Assembly (NCBI GenBank): GCA_037379345.1
Contig: CM074511.1
Location: 13,516,001-13,580,000, forward strand
Direction of reading: 5' to 3'
Length of the DNA stretch: 64,000 nt
Source of the DNA: Perna viridis
Lineage: Eukaryota
Shown: positions 27,234 to 39,300 of the stretch, in pieces
Layout of the letters: every line of letters starts with the position of its first letter
Numbering within the stretch: position 1 is the first letter of the stretch
Position numbers and translations under genes: made by a program
The notes under the pieces: model-generated
What the model was told of the DNA's origin: nothing
Seen by the model: the letters and a program-made list of their open reading frames with translations, nothing else
Database searches by the model: none

Positions 27234-28372
27234 AAGTTTCATTTAAATCAGTCAAAAAATTTAATACATTTGTATATAAGGCACACACTTAATGACCGTC
27301 ATACATTCAAACACAAACATTAAAAATCAAACAGAACATTTTCAAAAGCCACAAATATTTCAAAATGATGGCTTTATACCTGATTGATTTTCCTACTGTT
27401 TTGGGTAAGTGCCCAGAGTAACTGGCAAACATTTTTTTTTTACTCATTTAAAAAAAATATATATAACAAAGATCCTCAATGAGGACCATTGAAGGTCATG
27501 AGGAGACCTCTGGATGACAAATCTGATACAATATAGTGGAATGAGGATTTTGCAAAACTTACATATCTCCATTTTAATCATGTACAAATCTTGAGATGAT
27601 GTTTCAAGTCACAATTGGTGATTTCAAAGTTGAAATTTGGTAAATGTGGAGCATATTTTTCCTTGGGAATGGGATTAAAATTCAGACCCAAAATCACTGA
27701 ACCCTGACCTTCTTAAATCTCAATATATTGTACAATGTATGTAATAAGGAGCACTTGTTTCTAGATCTGTCGTGTGACTCTAATAGAATTTGCAGCAGTC
27801 TTAAACCACACTTGAAATAATGTTTATTTCCCCTTACCCAAACTTACCTTCTAGCTTTAGGTAGGTAGGTAATTCCCCCTCCCCCTCCCCACAACCAAGG
27901 TTCAATTCATTTGGTAAAATCCCGATAAAAAAAATGAAAAAATGTTGCTTTGAAAATTAAAAAAATCCTTGTGAGAGCATGACAATGAAATTAATTTGAT
28001 GTAGGGCCAACCTTTTGTATGTACAATATAGGTAGAGTAAAGGGAAATATTTTAATTTTAGTCTTATCCATGAAATCTCTTGAAAATGTTTGAAGTCTGA
28101 ATTGCAAAAAAATTTGTTGAAAATTTTGTATTTTTGTTTAACCCTTTAGTTAAGTGAAAAGCTTATCACATTTCTTGGTAATAATACAAATAGGGTAACT
28201 CTATCATAGATGAGGGAGTTTCTCATAGGTGATACATGTGGTGGCATAGCCAGTGCCAAATCATCATGGAAGCTTTTTGTAGCACAGAATAGGAGGGATT
28301 TATTTTTCATTTTTCTTTTGCAAGCATGTTGAAGCCTTGGCTTCTTCTTAAACATTGTACCTACGCTAAACT

Positions 28373-28467
28373 AATTAAAATCAGATCTCGCTCTTGCTCC
28401 CAGTGTATTGATATTCACACCTGAAAAATCAGTTAACAGGGCGCAAGTGTGAGATCAAATTTCAATT
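28373..28467. repeat. Short foldback (MITE-like) hairpin
   Basis: aattaaaatcagatctcgctcttgctccc pairs with gggcgcaagtgtgagatcaaatttcaatt. Confidence 0.55.
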
Positions 28468-28599
28468 GGATTGTAACTATGCCACTGACTGAAATGTATG
28501 TGTTGCATCATATAAATATGCCTGAACAACCAATCCTTTGAACCTATAAGTTACATTATTACTTAAACAAGCAAATCATAGCCATATATCCCAGTGCCC

Positions 28600-29310
28600 A
28601 TCACATAAAAAATGTTGAAGTGCAATAGTACCATAACTTCTGTACAATTAGTCAAATCAAAATGGCAGCACAAGATAATCAACTACATATGGTGACAAAT
28701 AACAATCCTACGAATTCGAACAAAATCAACTGAAAGGTATCTGAGGATTTGCGACCACAAAGTGTTCTTATGGTGTAGCATGTATAATTTCTCTAGCTCC
28801 TGTAAAAATAGTGGCACAATATGATCAACTACAGCATGTTGACTACCAATGCTAGGAAATTTAAACAAAATCCGTTGAGCGGTATCCAAGGAGTTTTGTC
28901 CACAAAGTGTTCCTATAGTCATAGTGCAGCATGTACATATTAAACAAAGTCTTACAACTCCTGCAAAATGTTTTGAATCAAAATGGCAATGCAATATGAT
29001 CAACTACATATCCTACAAAATTTGAACAAAATCTGTTGAGTGGTATCTGAAGAGATGCATCCACAAAGTGTTCCTATAGTGTAGAATGTACAAATTCATT
29101 GAAGTCCCATTACTACCGTAAAATTTGTCAAATCAAAATGACAGGACAATATGGTGGTAACTTACAATCCTAAGACAAAATCTGAACAAAATCCATCAAG
29201 CAATTTCTGAAAAGCTGCATCCACCAGTATGACAGGATGAAAAGATGCAAGGAATCCACAGACTACTGTATTTCTATGTCCCCTTCCCTGTAGCGGCAAG
29301 GGACAAAAAC
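28600..29310. mobile_element. Helitron/HINE-like non-autonomous element with ~160-170 bp internal tandem repeats
   Basis: Recurring units (tcaaaatggca..caactacat..tcctac.aaatttgaacaaaatc.gttgag..gtatc...ccacaaagtgttcctatagt) and a terminal hairpin tgtccccttccc...gcaagggaca. Confidence 0.65.
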
Positions 29311-30429
29311 ACATGATTAAATTCAACATATACTGACAAACATAGAAGTACAATGTATCAACTGTAAGTATTGATAATTTAAATGCAAGAATTTAAATGA
29401 TGGAGCTAGACCCAATTCACTCTATATAATCACTTCCAACTTCTGTTGATTTAAAAACTAATTTCATTACTTACCTCTTACTTTCCAAATTATTTTCAAA
29501 TGGTTTCGTGTGTTTGTATTTTTACATTATAGATTAATTATTAAGTCTAATCTACATACAAGGACAGTAGCATATCTAGGGGAATTCTAGGGTTTTAACA
29601 CCTTTTTAGTAGGAGGCTTTGTTTAGTGTGTGTAGAACCAAGGTTAAAATGAGCCAATGCAGCTTGGAATCCGCCCCCCCCCCCCTTTTCTTAAAATTTC
29701 TTGATCAGGCTCTGGGAGTGTTCCTAGAACATTACAAGTTTCTATAGAATGATACACAAATTTACATTTTACCTCTACACAATAACAAATGTAAGATCAA
29801 TTTAATAAAATGTATAACTCAAAACAGAATAGCCTTTATACCCCCTCCCCCTTTTTTCACTATTCTATATAAAGTGATAAGTACGTGCATGCCTGACAAA
29901 AGGATTCCTTTAAAAATGCTGATGGAGGATCTTGATAAAAGTATATCTATCTGGTAAGACTGGGAATAAACTGTTTAAATGCAACAGATTATTTTTTAAC
30001 TTTCCAACCACATTTTAAATATTTCTATTTTTAGTTCACTGCAAGTTAAATTTTCCGCATATATTTCTTATTCTGTATTAGGATAGAACTCGACCAAAAT
30101 GATCAAACCAAATAATCGTTTTACGAAAAACGACGACGTGTTGTCATGAGTTTATTTTTTAGTATCCTCAATAAAGGAAGCTAAGAATTACGTACAACTG
30201 CAATTTATATACTGAGTACACACGATGAATATTCATGAAGTATCACCGTTTTGACCGCCGATGAAATTATGCTTTGTTTTACAGTTAATCATTCACAATG
30301 TCTAGGAAAAAGATACAAGCAGGTAACACTTGGTTGCATTTTAATGCAAATTAAAAGAAAAATGTAACAGATCGATCATAAGTGATAAAATTTACGTGTT
30401 CGTCTTCTTCTGTTTGTTGCAAACTTCCA

Positions 30430-30470
30430 CGTTCAAGATGGCAACTCATTTACTAATGCGCATGTCAAGG
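30430..30470. promoter_or_regulatory. Possible promoter region of SFMBT
   Basis: Locally CpG-richer stretch upstream of the minus-strand gene, with YY1-like AAGATGGC and NRF1-like TGCGCATG. No transcript evidence. Confidence 0.3.
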
Positions 30471-31199
30471 CGAGCACAAATACTGCGGGTACTTATTCAA
30501 TATTATTAGATATTACATTTGAGTCGCATATGCCAATTACCTTACAATCGATCATGCAATCCGATACAATAAACAGATCAAGTGGAGGTGTCCGGGTGTC
30601 CTCCAGGACGTCCGCGTTCAGGTTTCAAAACAGAAAAAAAGGGGGGCTCACAATGTATTCATTTACCATCCCATAGTCGTGGTCATAGCATCCGTACCGA
30701 AGAGTACCTTCACCCTTAGCTTGCAATTAGTTACCCCTGAATACAAAACAAGAACATATCACGATGTGCACCATTTATTTAATATTACATGTAAATAGGG
30801 AGGAGTGTATGATATAAATTAATTCCTTGGTGTCTGTTAAGGTCATCAACTTGATTTTATTAACCACGACAGGGCCAGATCCTGGTGTATTGTCTATTAG
30901 ACGGTCAGCAAACTTTATAAAAGATATTAAACAGTTTTAAAAAAGACACTTTACAAAAGAATTGGTATTAATTGATCTACAATTAATAGTGAACTTCCGT
31001 TAACACAGATGCTTCCGTCCACCCTTTTTTTACAAGAACCATTATTTCCGTCTGATTCGTTAATTTGATTTAAAATCTTATTTTTACAAAAAAAATTTAG
31101 CACATTAAACATGATTTTAGATATTCATCTAAATACATTATTTACTTAAGTATTTATTTTATATATCAGTTAAGCTTGTGCAATTCACTTTAATTGAAT

Positions 31200-32149
31200 T
31201 GATAAAGGAAGTCGAAACCCATAAGCATCTTGGTTTAACTTTTAGTGAAGACGGTACTTGGTGTTCACATGTAAACTCCTTAATAGATAAGGTTACCCCT
31301 CGTATTAATGTTCTAAGAAGTCTGAAGTTTAAATTAAAACGTAAACATCTCCAAACCATTTACTTTAGCTTTATACGACCCATCTTGGAATATACGGACA
31401 TAATTTGGGACAACATTCCTCAATATCTTGCTGATAAGCTAGAAAGTTCACAAATTGAGGTAGCCAGAATCGTTACTGGTGGAACAAAACTAGTGTCTAA
31501 GGCTAACCTTTATGAGAATACTGGTAGGGAACCACTCTCAGTAAGGCGTCAAAAGCACAAAATTCTAAAATTCCATGAAATGTTTCATAACAAAACACCC
31601 GAATATTTAAGTAGCTTAGTGCCCCAACAATTATTACAAATTCACAATTATAATACTAGACGGACTCACGACATTCAAACTGTTAATAGCAGAACGGCGT
31701 TTTATCAAAATTCATTCTTACCATCGGTTGTTCAATTGTGGAACGGACTCCCGGCTGAAGTTCGAGAAAACTCTTCCAAGCAATCTATTAGGAATCATCT
31801 TAACCAAAACATAAAATGTCCTCCTCGATACTACAACTTTGGAAAACGCAAATCTCAAGTTCTTCATGCCAGACTAAGATTAAACTGCAGCGCTCTAAAC
31901 GAACAGTTGTTTAATCGGAATATTACTGATAATAAATTTTGTTCTTGTGGATCTGTAGAAAATAATAGACATTTCTTACTACAGTGTCCTAATTATACAG
32001 CTTTACGACAAAGAACTATACGCACCCTTAGTAATTATAATACCAAAATTCTTCTTTTCGGTGATCCTTCGAAAAACGATCGCGAAAATGAAAATATTTT
32101 CGAACAAGTTCAGAATTTCATTACTGAGAGTAGACGGTTCGCTCTGTAG
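31200..32149 (+). mobile_element. 5'-truncated CR1/L2-group LINE, ORF2 C-terminal part (post-catalytic RT region + Cys/His motif)
   Basis: Uninterrupted ORF: HKHLGLTFSEDGTWCSHV, YFSFIRPILEY.D.IWD, SFLPSVVQLWNGLP, HARLRLNCSALN, CSCGSVENNRHFLLQC. Confidence 0.88.
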
Positions 32150-32604
32150 ATGCTTAGCAACATTGCTTCTCCACCCTAATATTTACGATTCTGACTGCCT
32201 AGCTTTGTTACATGTAGTTAACTGCATCTATTATGTCTCCAATTGACCGGACTATAAACATAGCCAAAGATATACTTCTCACACATCGCTGCAGTTAGAA
32301 TTACTTTTTAACCTTAATTTAGCTGATTTTTGCATTGAAGTTGATATGTTCTTAATATATAATCACGATTTATTGATGTTATAATCACGTTCTATCTGAT
32401 TTTTTTCTGGGGGAGACGGATTAATATTTATTTTTCATGAAAGGAATAATGGTTTTCCTATCGATATTTTGACTCTTTCCCTGTATTGACACTTGACCCT
32501 TAGGTCTTTTTTTTGTTAGTCTTGAGAGTCAGGGCAACCGTATTAAGGGGGGAGGGGGCGTCTGGCCTGTAAAACATGTTCATTCGCAAAATGCCTGTAC
32601 CAAG

Positions 32605-32776
32605 CACAAGGGCTTGCTCCCACTATGAAATACTGGTATGCAGCCCCACTAGCATACTAACGTATAGGTTATTATATTAGTGGGGCCGTATATTTATGCA
32701 GCCCCACTAGCATAATAACGTATAGGTTATTATATTAGTGGGGCTTTATATTTGATAGTGGAAGCAAACCATTGTG
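32605..32776. mobile_element. MITE with TIRs, 7-bp TSD and two internal hairpin repeats
   Basis: TIR CACAAGGGCTTGCTCCCACTAT / ATAGTGGAAGCAAACCATTGTG; TACCAAG at 32598-32604 and 32777-32783; partial second copy at 35415-35460. Confidence 0.8.
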
Positions 32777-32913
32777 TACCAAGTCAGGGGTTTGATGGCT
32801 GGCATTGTTTGTCGAGTGCTCTTGTTCGGATTTCAATATTGTCATTTTTATTTGTGTCGATTGTTCTTAAATCAACGTACTGAATATGGCATTTAGAGTA
32901 GATTTGGAGAACA

Positions 32914-33190
32914 ACAAGAGCCTCCCAGGAGCCTGAATCGCTCACCTTGTTATAACTCTCACAAGGAGCTGTCCAACAATTTTGACTCCAAGAAGACTTT
33001 GGAAAGACTTATCATATGGATCATTCCATAAATTGAACGTTCATTCTATCTATTATAGTTCTCAAGATATTGGCTGAAAACTACTAAAACATAATATTTT
33101 GCCTTCCAAGGGCAATAACTCGAACAAGGAGCCGTTCAACGTTTGATCCCCTCAAACTTTCGTAGGTCCTATCATAAGGATCATTCCAGC
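32914..33190 (-). mobile_element. Helitron/HINE-like element end
   Basis: aacaagagcctcccaggagcctgaatcgctcacct is close to the reverse complement of the terminus at ~42704-42738. Confidence 0.65.
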
Positions 33191-33196
33191 AATTGA

Positions 33197-33832
33197 AAGA
33201 GTAATCAAGGGAACCAAGATTCTAGTGGAAATCAAAAGAATGTAATCCAGGGACAAAGGCAAGACATGGAAAGCAGACACAAACAACAAAGAACGTAAAG
33301 TAACTAAAATAATACATACAAAGTAACAAAAGTAAACGAGCAACTCGTACTCCACTAAAAACTGTGATCATGGACTACGTGCACCGGTAGGGTAAGTGTC
33401 CTCTGCTTTTCTAGAGACACCTGTCGAGTTGCTCATAAAAATTCAAGTCCGGGGTAGACGAAAGAGGAAAGGAAAACTATGACACGTTGAACTAATCAGT
33501 TTTCATGGTACATATGGATACACCGTAACGATCCACGAATTCACGATGACGACCATTAAACTTCTGTAGTGATGACTTCAAAGTTGTAGCAACATAACCC
33601 AGTTCCAGAAGCCTAATTATAAGAAGTCCAGCGCGATACATAAAGTCTGCGTAGTCCCGGCAAGTTCTGGTATAACGTATGAGTTGTGATATGAACACTC
33701 CATACGCAGGTGCTGAAGGGATGTTGCCACAGGTGAAAGGAAAGTTAACAATTCTGAATGAAAAGTCATCACGTTTGTCGTAAAATTTGTTCAATAGTTT
33801 TCCTTTACCATCGATTTCTAAGTGCAGGTCAA
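33197..33832 (-). mobile_element. Naiad-type Penelope-like element, 5'-truncated (RT C-terminus + 3' UTR)
   Basis: LDLHLEIDGKGKLLNKFYDKRDDFSFRIVNFPF..GNIPSAPAYGVFISQLIRY. The ORF ends after the RT thumb with no C-terminal GIY-YIG. Confidence 0.8.
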
Positions 33833-36041
33833 GAGTCGAAACAGTCACGGGTCAGAGGTTTCTTGTTGTAGTCTTCTGCGCTTAGGTCCTGCATGCTTAA
33901 GCTTGTTTATGGTTAAAAATTGTTGATGTATAACTATAGGTGGCAATAGGGACAGATTGACTTTTGAAGTATGGTGGTGTTTCTTTCATAATTTTTTTCG
34001 GTTGAGAATGTTCTTGATGCTAAGCGCGTCAATACCTTTATTTGTAAATCGGATCTGCAAAAATATTCTGCTGTTGTGAATAAGGGGCTCCGATCTGACA
34101 GTTTTGAAAAGTTGGAAAGATGCCTCATCACAAATAATACCCACCAGGGCCGGATCCAGACACTTTGAAAAGGTGGGTGCCCCTGAGGTTTTTAAGAATA
34201 TAAACAGGCAATGAAAAAAAGATTTATACGAATTTTATGTAATCCAAGATGCTGTTTAAGCTTCTAAAGAGAGTCGCTAAAGATTTTGGTAATGATATTG
34301 ACTCTGATGGCTTTCAAGCATTAGGTTGTTCATGTGGTTTTCGACCACGTAGACTTTGTCTTAGGTTGAGTGTTAAAGAGACCCATAACATTAACTTCAC
34401 TGCTTTGAGGACTTGACGATAGATTCTCAACACCTTTGATGTTATCATTACATGCAGCCGTAAGGCATTTCAGTACCAAGCTCCCTTACCCAATACATTT
34501 CTCTTCCTGCACGGAGAGGTATCCTAAGCGGTGAGCTATTTGTACGGTGATAAATTGTCTGAATGTTGCGTACATTCATCGACAATCACCGGTCATGAAT
34601 TGGTATGTTGAAATGGTTACATTATATAGAATTATGTAATGTAGATCTTTAGCATCGAACCGATGTTTCATCTTGGCATAATACAGGTTTAAAATAGAAT
34701 AAAACATTTCCAGGCACGTGTACTATGTTAAAAAGACGAAAAAAAAATTCTCAAATTTCTTTATATGTTTTATTTAAATTAATTATAAACTGGAGACGAT
34801 TGTGAGCAAAGGTAACTATGGGAACACTGGTTACTGACGTGATTCTACTAAATCAGTTTTAATTCTGATTATAGTTAATTGCTCCAATACGAAATTGAAG
34901 ATTAATTTATCTAGGACTCACACAGACATAATCCAGAATTCATATAAAGCAGCTAGTTAGTAGTAACTATAGACACTTTGGCCGTGTATTTAATCATTTA
35001 TTTTGGTTATTTCCCATGTCTAGTCATTATCCATGGATTATATTATTTTGATTACTGTACCTGGTGCCTTGATTCCACTCACTTCGCACACTGAAATACA
35101 TGTATAAGGGAAAGCATTTACAGTTAATTTTAATAAGTGAATTTTTTAGAAGTTGAATGCATTTTTGTTATGCATTGCACAATTTTCATAAATTCTCCAA
35201 GCTTAAGAACACAAAAGTTGTCACAATAAGTCGTTCTTTCTTGTGAAAAAAGGGACACTCCATAATGTAATGAATTAAAAGGAATACATTTATTATAGGT
35301 AGCTTTAGTTCATCTCTATCGGGCCCCGTTCCTCAGACATGCTTTAATTGACAGCTAATATATGGTTTGTGAAACTGTTGATAAAAAAATCAAATTTTCA
35401 TCATGCACTTAAAGCACAAGGGCTTGCTCTCACTATCGAACACGCAGACCCACTAGTATAATTATGCTTAAAAGTCAGACGCTTAAGATCTATAGCAGTT
35501 GAAACATTTAAAATAATCAATAAGCAAAATCCTGTATATTTACAAAATGTAATAAATGTGAAAAAAAAAAAAAAATAAATATTCTTTTTGATATTATCTA
35601 ACAGCTGACATTACAAATGTTCGAACAACAAGTTATGGTTTGAAATTATTTAGATACTTTGCAGCAAAAATGTTAACTGAGTTACGATGAATTATAATCA
35701 ATTTTTAAAACTTATTAATACATGGAATGGCAATAAATGTCTGTCTTTAATATGTAATTATATGTATGTCTGTATTGTTATATACGCTAATATTTATAGT
35801 TGATTATACAAGTTCAACTTACAGTGCTTGCTGAAAGGCTTAAAGTCTATCTGATCTCTGAATGAATTGGATATTTTGGATTTAGGTTATGCGCTGGAGC
35901 AGGGCTTAATATTACTTATAAAGTCCATGTCAGGAGGATTTGTTGCGTTTCACCATATCCATGTATATGTTTTTCTGTTGGATCCCGGAGAATTTGCATA
36001 ATTTGTTCGAGATAGTTTGAGCAATTACAATCGCCTTGATA

Positions 36042-36050
36042 ACTTCCGGT
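36042..36050. promoter_or_regulatory. ETS-type motif upstream of STIMATE
   Basis: ACTTCCGGT about 265 bp upstream of the ATG; typical of housekeeping promoters. Motif only. Confidence 0.3.
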
Positions 36051-36312
36051 AAAGAAAGACATTTGTCGATTTGACAACAAGAAAAACAAAAAATTAATGG
36101 TTTTGAAATGGAAATGCGATCATAGATGTACTATTTCCATTAATCAAAATGATTAGTTCATTTGACAGTGGCAGATTTTTAGAAAACCACGGTCCTTAAG
36201 AATCAAGTTCATGGCACTGGTAAAATGACGTATACATGTAGCTGTAGCTTAACTTATCTTAGGCTCAGATCAACATACTTTGTAAAACTTAAATAGAATT
36301 TTAGTATTTGCT

Positions 36313-39300
36313 ATGTCATCAATGAGCAACAGTTCCAACATGAGTGATAAAATTAACAACACTGTGCAGTCAGTGAAGTCTGGATTTCAGTACCATTGTT
36401 CAACAGGAGATTTAATGGGACCACTTGGTCTAATGGTTCAAGGATTGCTTGCTTTCCTGGCATTTTCCTCTTTAATAGGTAAACATATACACAGTGCATA
36501 ATGTAAGAAGAAGCTTATAACCAAGTGTGATTTTTTTTTCACTTTGAAACTTCAGGGGTCTAGAATGATTAGTATGAAGCTTAGTCTGAGATTGCTCTGA
36601 CATTAAATGGCTGATTTGCCAGACAAGCCATTGGACATCTGAGATTGTCCCATATGGAAAATACTGGATTTTGCTGGAAAACCAAAATTCTATAAATTAA
36701 AAGAAAGACCGTTATTTGTTGTTACATGTATATCCGACAACACTATTGACATATTTTTCACTCTATATGAAATTTGCACACTGCTTAGTGTTACAAAATT
36801 CACAATATTTGACTCTGTAATCTTGAACCTCATAAGTTTGAGGTCACAATATTTTGGTATTTAAAAAAAATTTTCATTCTAAAAACTCAAATTACTGCAG
36901 AGAACCAAACACATACAAAATGTACAGGTGATAATGTTAATAGTATAAACCGTCATGACATACCTACATGAACAATGTAGTTGTAGCTTTTCTAAATGAA
37001 AAAAAAAGTATTAAATTTAAGTATTAAATTTACACAAGAAAATCGGTGAACAAATCGAACGTTTTTGATACCGGACAATCTTTGAAGTCCCACAGCCCCA
37101 GCTTGTCTGGCATATGAGGCATTGGATGTCAGAGCAATCTCAGACTTATATCAGTTACATTTTTGTACATTTACCTTGCCATTCAAGCAGACTTTCTCAC
37201 TTTGTCAAGCTTTCTGATTTTTTCTGCTACAAATTTTAAGTATGATGCTGTTGTTTTTGAGAAAACATTTTTTTTAAAAAGTTACATCTCCCCCAAAATA
37301 CATCATAACATGTACCTACAGTGTAGATGTTCAGTTCATACATGTACATTGTATACATTTGTAATTGTATCCTGCAGGTTTCATCATTTTCTGTATATAT
37401 TCGGTGTCTGCCAGGGTATTTACTTTACGATATGAATTTTATAGATCTTTGACATTTCATACCCCATGGTGACATAACACAAAAGGCTGGCTTGGATTGA
37501 ATTTAGAGGTGTAACTTTTGAACTGTTTAGGAATTATGGAAAAAGGGGCCAGAAACAAACATTTTCATTATGTCTGGACAACTTGACTATGAATGATGGA
37601 TCTCTTTGGAATTGTACCACAAGTTGCCGAAACACAAAAGGAGGCTTAGGGGGATTTTGAATGTTGTGACTTGTACTGTTTAAGAATTAGAGGCCAAAAA
37701 GGGACCAGAAACATGCATAAAGTTTGCATTATATTTGAAAAATAACTTGGCTTTAAATGAAAAAAAAACATACACTTTGATTTAGAATTGAATTCTTATC
37801 CTGTGTCAAATATTTTATCACAATCAAAATTCATATCTATATAAAGCTTGAATAGTGTGTTAATACTAGGCCATGGAAAAATGTTCAAGGTTTGACCTAC
37901 AGTAGTTGTATCAAGCTGTGCCTTGCAAATCACTTTATTTAACCATACTGTTGAGTTGTTGTATTTCTACCCTATAAATTCTAGATATACATTAACCCTC
38001 AAAAGTTCAGAACAGATATGGAATATTAAGGCAGTCATAAACAACACTTTTTAAGAGCTTATTTTTGAAATAGATGCAATATTCATCGTAATTTAATTTG
38101 TAAATTTACAGAACACTTAGAGTATTCTATAAAGCTTAAATCTTTTGGCTAAACGTGTGGTCTTGCAAGTCTTTGAAATACTTATTAAAAGAAATAACTG
38201 ACCTTCCAACAAAACTGAATTAAATTCCTGAATTGTTTGCTGGATAGTTTGTCAGACAGCCAAAAATATTCAGACAGACTTTCACTGCCTTTGGTCTTGC
38301 AAATTTCCAGAAGATTTGGACTACTTTGCATACTTAAAATACTCTCATAAAGCTGAATGACATATGTTCACATAACAGTTTTTGATGTGGGAAGTATAAC
38401 AAACTTTAATATATAGATATATACTTATGTATATATATATATAAGTTATGAACACCATTGTTACTCAACAGATTTGTTTCTATATTGCAGCAAAAAGATA
38501 TTGTGAACCAAAGTATGAGAGAAGACCATGGAAAATATGGTAATTATATTTGGTTCTCTATTAATTAAAAAGTAATAAGGCCATAATAGAAATATCATGT
38601 TTTTACTTGCTTTCATCATTACATTATTTCAGTATCCTTTGCTAATTTAAAAAAAAAATATGATAAATAAAAAATAAAATATGAAATTTTGATATGGTTG
38701 AATAAGTCAATAAATTTTATTAGCCCTGCATATGCACATATTCTGCATTCCTGGCTATGCAGCCATATAAGTTGATATGATATTATAAAGGTGCAGGGAG
38801 GTATGATAGTTTAATAACATGGTAAAGAAGACATCATGGATTTTCTTTCTGTGATGTCAGGTTAAAAGTTCAAAAATTTTGGTCATAACACTCCCTTTTA
38901 AAATTAAAATTTTAATAATAATGCTCTCAAATTAATATATTTATAAGATACTCTTTGTTAGATTATCCTGGAGACAATCATTTTTACTTTCCATTCTAGG
39001 TTTTTTGACACTTCAAAACAAGGCTTTGGGGCATTCATCATACATTTTGCCAATGTTTTTCTTGCTGATATGTTTCAAGGAGACCCATGTACTTGGTTTG
39101 TATGATATTATTTTAACTTGTAAATATCACCCCTATAGAACTTGAGAATGTATAAAATATTAAATAAGCTTATGCCTGGACATGTTTCAGTTTATCAAAC
39201 CTTGAATAAACTTGCACAAAAGTTAAAAATAAAGTTTTTAATGTAGCAAAGTATTGATAGAATTTAGTCAAATTTCACTTACTTTAATCATACAATTTCC

